Positions 60,252 to 64,000 of a DNA stretch of 64,000 nucleotides are shown here, piece after piece (positions within the stretch are counted from its first letter, which is position 1; every line of letters begins with the position of its first letter). The DNA is taken from assembly GCA_044224875.1 (NCBI GenBank), contig JBGAJQ010000016.1:19975-83974 (forward strand), written 5' to 3'. The DNA is from Gemmatimonadaceae bacterium. Its GTDB lineage: Bacteria; Gemmatimonadota; Gemmatimonadetes; Gemmatimonadales; Gemmatimonadaceae. The notes below the pieces were generated by a model that was not told the DNA's origin, did not search any database, and was given only the letters and a program-made list of their open reading frames with translations. Position numbers and translations under genes: made by a program.

Positions 60252-60959
60252 ATGGTGACTTCTGAACTGACATCGTTGTTGGCGTTACAGGCGGATGACG
60301 ACGAGGTGGATGCGGTGCTCGAGAAGCTCGACGCGTTGGAGCCGCGGCGCCGTGCGCTGGAGGCGACGCGGGAGGCCGCACAGCGAAAGCTGAATCAGGC
60401 ACGCGCCGCCGTTGAGGAGGATGAGCGTCGGCAACGCGAACTCGAAGGCCGCATCACGGACCACAAGCAGCGGCAGGAGCGGAATCTCGCGCACCTGGAC
60501 GCCGTCAAGCGAATGCGCGAGGCCACAGCCGCCATGCTTCAGGTGGAGTCGGGGCGCAAGATCCTACTCGAGGAAGAGGGGGCGCTGCGCGCTTTGGTGG
60601 CGAAGATCGCCGAACAACACGCTGCCGTGCGTGCCCACGAGAGCGCTCTCACCGCAATGGACGCCGCGCAAGCCGAGGAACGCGCCGCGCTCGATGCCGA
60701 GAAGTCAGTACTTGACCAGGAGTTGGCGGTGGCGAGTGGCAAGCGCGCAGCGACATCGTCCGGCGTGCGGGCCGCACTGCTCTCCAAGTATGACCGCATC
60801 CGGGGCAGGCGGCGCGCCCAAGCGGTGTTTGCGCTTGCCGATGGCGCCTGTGCGTCCTGCGATACCGCCGTACCTGTGCAGCGTCGAATCCTCATGACGT
60901 CTTCCGGGAGCATCGAAGTATGTGAGACGTGCGGTGTTCTGTTGTATGCAACGGAATGA
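60252..60959 (+). CDS. Coiled-coil protein with C-terminal C4 zinc ribbon (DUF164/zf-RING_7-like)
   Basis: 'LL.LQ..D', long coiled coil, 'Y.RIR', 'CASC', 'CETCG.LLY'. Confidence 0.85.
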   Translation: MVTSELTSLLALQADDDEVDAVLEKLDALEPRRRALEATREAAQRKLNQARAAVEEDERRQRELEGRITDHKQRQERNLAHLDAVKRMREATAAMLQVESGRKILLEEEGALRALVAKIAEQHAAVRAHESALTAMDAAQAEERAALDAEKSVLDQELAVASGKRAATSSGVRAALLSKYDRIRGRRRAQAVFALADGACASCDTAVPVQRRILMTSSGSIEVCETCGVLLYATE

Positions 60960-60996
60960 TGACGTGTAGTCTCGCGAGGCGACGCACATTTCTGGG

Positions 60997-62721
60997 ATGA
61001 CCGCGGTGACCGAGATGCGGGCGCACCAGCCTTCTCGCTGGCTGCCGCCCCCTGCAGTTGATGAAGGACGTGTACGCATGCTTGCCGAGCGACTCTCAGT
61101 GCCGCCGGTGGTCGCGCGTTTGCTTGTGGCCCGCGGTTACGGCGAGGAAGAGGATGCGAAGCGCTTCCTTCGGCCACGCCTTGAACATCTGCACGATCCG
61201 TCGCTCATGACGGGGCTCGATGTCGCGGTGTCGCGCCTGGCGGCCGCCATCGCCGCCCGCGAGCCGATTCTGGTCCACGGGGATTACGACGTGGACGGGA
61301 TGTGTTCGAGCACGATTCTCGTGCGCACGTTGCGTTCCCTGGGCGGGGTGGCGCATCCGTTCATACCGCATCGCATGACGGACGGCTACGACCTTGGCGA
61401 CGCGGGGGTGAAGGCCGCCGTGGCCGTGGGAGCGAAGGTTGTGGTCACCTGCGACTGCGGAACGAGCGCGCACCGTGCCGTCGAGGCGCTCCAGTCGCAG
61501 GGCATCGAGGTCATCATCACGGACCATCACCTGCCGAGCGTAGACCCGCCGCGGTGTCTGGCCGTCCTGAATCCGCGTGTTCCTGGAAACACGTATCCGG
61601 ACAAGGACCTTTGCGCGGCCGGCGTCGTGTTCAAGCTGGCGATCGGGCTGTTGCGGGCGCATGGCCAGAGTGCGAACCTTGCCATGCATATGCTGGACCT
61701 CGTGGCGCTGGCCACGGTGGCCGACGTCGCTCCGCTGCGAGGTGAGAACCGCATCCTGGTTCGCTATGGGCTGCGCTTGTTGCAGGAGACCTCGAACGTT
61801 GGGTTGCGCGCGCTGCTGATGTCGTCGGGCCTCGAGGAGAAGGTCATCACGGCGGGGCGCGTCGGATTCATCCTTGCGCCGCGACTGAATGCGGTGGGTC
61901 GTCTGGATCGCGCGTTGCGGGGCGTGGAACTCCTGATGTCGGAAGAAACCGGCCACGCGCTCACGATCGCCAGGGACCTGGAAGAGCTCAACAAGGCGCG
62001 ACAAGACCTGGACCGGGACATGCTCGTTGAAGCTCGCGGACAGGTCGAACGACAGGTCGCCGAGGGTCGATTCGGCATCGTCTTGGCCTCCGAGGGATGG
62101 CACCCCGGGGTGATCGGCATCGTGGCGTCGCGGATAGTGGAGGAGTTCAATCGCCCGACCATGCTGGTGGCGTTGCAGGATGGCGTGGGGAAGGGATCTG
62201 GTCGGTCGATTTCCGCCTTCGACCTGCACGGAGGCCTTACGGCGTGCCGCGATCTCTTGGTGCGCTATGGCGGGCACCGCGCGGCGGCCGGCATCACGAT
62301 CGATCCGGCGCAGGTCGACGCCTTCGCCCGTCAGTTCGATCGAGTGGCTCGCGAACGCCTAACGCCCGAAGACCTCGTCCCCGAGGTGCGCGTCGACCTG
62401 GAGGTGCGGGTGGAGGACGTGACGCTCGACTTCGAGCGGCTGTTGCGGCACTTCGAGCCCTACGGCATCGGGAATCCCGCGCCGACGTTGGTGTCGCGTC
62501 GCGTGCGGCTTGCGGCCCCCCCCAAAGTCCTTGCCGATCGCGGCGTTCGTCTGCGCTTCGACGCTCCAGAGGGAGGGCTGACGGCGATCTGGTGGGGCAA
62601 TCCAGAACGCGCCGCCGACCTCAAGATGGGGTCCGTGTGCGATATCGCCTATCGGTTGGAGCTGGATACGTACTTCAACGAGCCGCGGCTTTGCGCGCGG
62701 ATCGTCGATCTTCGCCAGTAG
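60997..62721 (+). CDS. recJ: Single-stranded-DNA exonuclease RecJ
   Basis: 'GDYDVDG', 'TDHH', 'ATVADV.PL', 'PRLNA.GR', 'GSGRS', 'GGH..AAG', 'EPYG.GNP'. Confidence 0.96.
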   Translation: MTAVTEMRAHQPSRWLPPPAVDEGRVRMLAERLSVPPVVARLLVARGYGEEEDAKRFLRPRLEHLHDPSLMTGLDVAVSRLAAAIAAREPILVHGDYDVDGMCSSTILVRTLRSLGGVAHPFIPHRMTDGYDLGDAGVKAAVAVGAKVVVTCDCGTSAHRAVEALQSQGIEVIITDHHLPSVDPPRCLAVLNPRVPGNTYPDKDLCAAGVVFKLAIGLLRAHGQSANLAMHMLDLVALATVADVAPLRGENRILVRYGLRLLQETSNVGLRALLMSSGLEEKVITAGRVGFILAPRLNAVGRLDRALRGVELLMSEETGHALTIARDLEELNKARQDLDRDMLVEARGQVERQVAEGRFGIVLASEGWHPGVIGIVASRIVEEFNRPTMLVALQDGVGKGSGRSISAFDLHGGLTACRDLLVRYGGHRAAAGITIDPAQVDAFARQFDRVARERLTPEDLVPEVRVDLEVRVEDVTLDFERLLRHFEPYGIGNPAPTLVSRRVRLAAPPKVLADRGVRLRFDAPEGGLTAIWWGNPERAADLKMGSVCDIAYRLELDTYFNEPRLCARIVDLRQ

Positions 62722-63267
62722 ATGCGGATCATCGCCGGCGAGTGGCGAGGGCGTCGATTGCGTGCTCCAAAGGATAGCGTGGTGCGACCCACGGGCGACC
62801 GCGCGCGAGAGGCGTGGATGAGTATCCTGCAGCCGATCATCCCCGGCGCGCACGTCGTCGACCTGTTCGCGGGCTCCGGCGCACTCGGATTGGAGGCATT
62901 ATCCCGCGGCGCAGCCTTTGCCGATTTCGTTGAAAGCTCGGCCACCGGCCTACGCGCCATTCGAGAAAACGGCGAGTCCCTCGGCGCGAGCCCCCGCATG
63001 CACGTGCATCGTGCGGACGCGCTGCGCTTTGTGAAGAAGCTCTCGCCGTACGCCTACGACATCGCCTTTGCCGATCCCCCGTATCGGCAGGGATATGCGC
63101 AGTCACTCGCTCAGTCATGGCTTCGCGAGCCATTCGCTAGAGTGCTGAGCGTGGAGCACGACGCACACGAAGAACTTCCCGTGGGCGGCGACCGGCGCAC
63201 GTACGGTGGCACGGCGATCACGATTTATGATGCCAATCGCCTGACGCCGGGCGGACCTAACGACTAG
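62722..63267 (+). CDS. rsmD: 16S rRNA m2G966 methyltransferase
   Basis: 'MRIIAG..RGR', 'RPT.DR.RE', 'DLFAGSGALGLEALSRGA', 'DPPY'. Confidence 0.95.
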   Translation: MRIIAGEWRGRRLRAPKDSVVRPTGDRAREAWMSILQPIIPGAHVVDLFAGSGALGLEALSRGAAFADFVESSATGLRAIRENGESLGASPRMHVHRADALRFVKKLSPYAYDIAFADPPYRQGYAQSLAQSWLREPFARVLSVEHDAHEELPVGGDRRTYGGTAITIYDANRLTPGGPND

Positions 63268-63335
63268 TCCCCCTCGCGTTTGTCCTTTTCCCCTGCCACA
63301 TTCTGGCGCGTCCGGCTCCCCTAACCGCTCCTCGA

Positions 63336-63821
63336 ATGTCCACCACCGCCTTGTACGCGGGTTCCTTCGATCCCATCACGCGCGGCCACGAAGACCTCAT
63401 ACGGCGCGCCGTCGGGTTCGTCGATCACCTCGTCGTCGCGGTGGCCACCAACGTGTCCAAGACGCCGCTCTTCAGCGTCGAGGAGCGCATGCAATTCATC
63501 CGGCAGGCCGTTGGAGACCTCCGCACCGTTGAAGTGCGCCAGTTCGATGGCCTGCTCGTGGACTTCGCGCAGGGCATTGGCGCCAACCTGTTCATCCGCG
63601 GACTGCGGGCCGTGAGCGACTTCGAGTACGAGTACCAGATGGCGCTGATGAATCGCCACCTGTCGTCCGAACTCGAGACGGTGTTCATGGTGCCGTCGCT
63701 CGACACGACCTACATCAGCGCGTCGCTGGTGCGTGAAGTGGCGCGCTTCGGCGGAAAGCTGGAGGGGCTGGTGCACCCGGTGGTGGCCGCCGCCCTGCGC
63801 GAGAAATTCGCCACCCGTTAG
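63336..63821 (+). CDS. coaD: Pantetheine-phosphate adenylyltransferase
   Basis: 'Y.GSFDPIT.GH', 'RGLRAVSDFEYE', 'IS.S.VREVA'. Confidence 0.97.
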   Translation: MSTTALYAGSFDPITRGHEDLIRRAVGFVDHLVVAVATNVSKTPLFSVEERMQFIRQAVGDLRTVEVRQFDGLLVDFAQGIGANLFIRGLRAVSDFEYEYQMALMNRHLSSELETVFMVPSLDTTYISASLVREVARFGGKLEGLVHPVVAAALREKFATR

Positions 63822-63823
63822 GC

Positions 63824-64000
63824 ATGGCCGTCGTCCCCGCATTCCTCGACGCCATCCGCCGGCGCGCGGCGCAGCAGCCGGCCCGCATCGTCTTTCCCGA
63901 GTCGCAGGACCCGCGCGTCATCGAGGCGGTCCGCGTCCTCCAGCGGGAAGGAATCGTCCACCCCGTCGTCGTGCTGGCCCCCGGCGCCGATCGCGGCGTG
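63824..64000 (+). CDS. pta: Phosphate acetyltransferase / PTA-PTB family (3'-truncated by window edge)
   Basis: Translation MAVVPAFLDAIRRRAAQQPARIVFPESQDPRVIEAV matches the PTA N-terminal 'RIVFPE..D.R...A'. Confidence 0.7.
   Translation, partial: MAVVPAFLDAIRRRAAQQPARIVFPESQDPRVIEAVRVLQREGIVHPVVVLAPGADRGV

Overview
A GC-rich bacterial core-genome segment with about 57 protein-coding genes, nearly all on the + strand, and two tRNAs (Val-CAC and probable Ile2-CAT). Protein style and gene order suggest Gemmatimonadota (inference, not searched). The main blocks are: tatC and an LptD-like protein; a hut cluster (hutH-hutU-radical SAM-hutI); two giant acidic TPR proteins; polyprenyl synthase-DUF4321-tatA; a PpiD/SurA-like chaperone; aroQ-aminopeptidase P-accB-pilT-accC-comB-ftsK; yraN-recA-recX-alaS; PHP phosphatase-gmhA-SDR-asparaginase-CCA enzyme; ZIP transporter-rarA-LEA; hflX and gmd; a tRNA-bracketed SRPBCC/MFS/DUF1697 block; heptose kinase; asparaginase II-CMD-obgE-dprA; hemW-hrcA-dnaJ-prmA-rsmE-HIT; and rpsU-mutS2-dnaG-Zn ribbon-recJ-rsmD-coaD-pta. 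No CRISPR array, transposase, integrase or prophage was seen. Clustered indels in hutH, hutU, one TPR gene and dnaG look like assembly errors. The best leads are: (1) a SPASM/twitch-type radical SAM gene inside the hut cluster; (2) a PilT-family ATPase between accB and accC, near SgmX-like TPR proteins; (3) a tandem array of Bacteroidetes-type D-(S/T)-hydrophobic O-glycosylation sequons in LptD, with more in PpiD; (4) TANNNT boxes 6-9 nt before start codons, suggesting frequent leaderless mRNAs; (5) a probable ATT start codon for hflX; (6) a long RNA hairpin between recA and recX.
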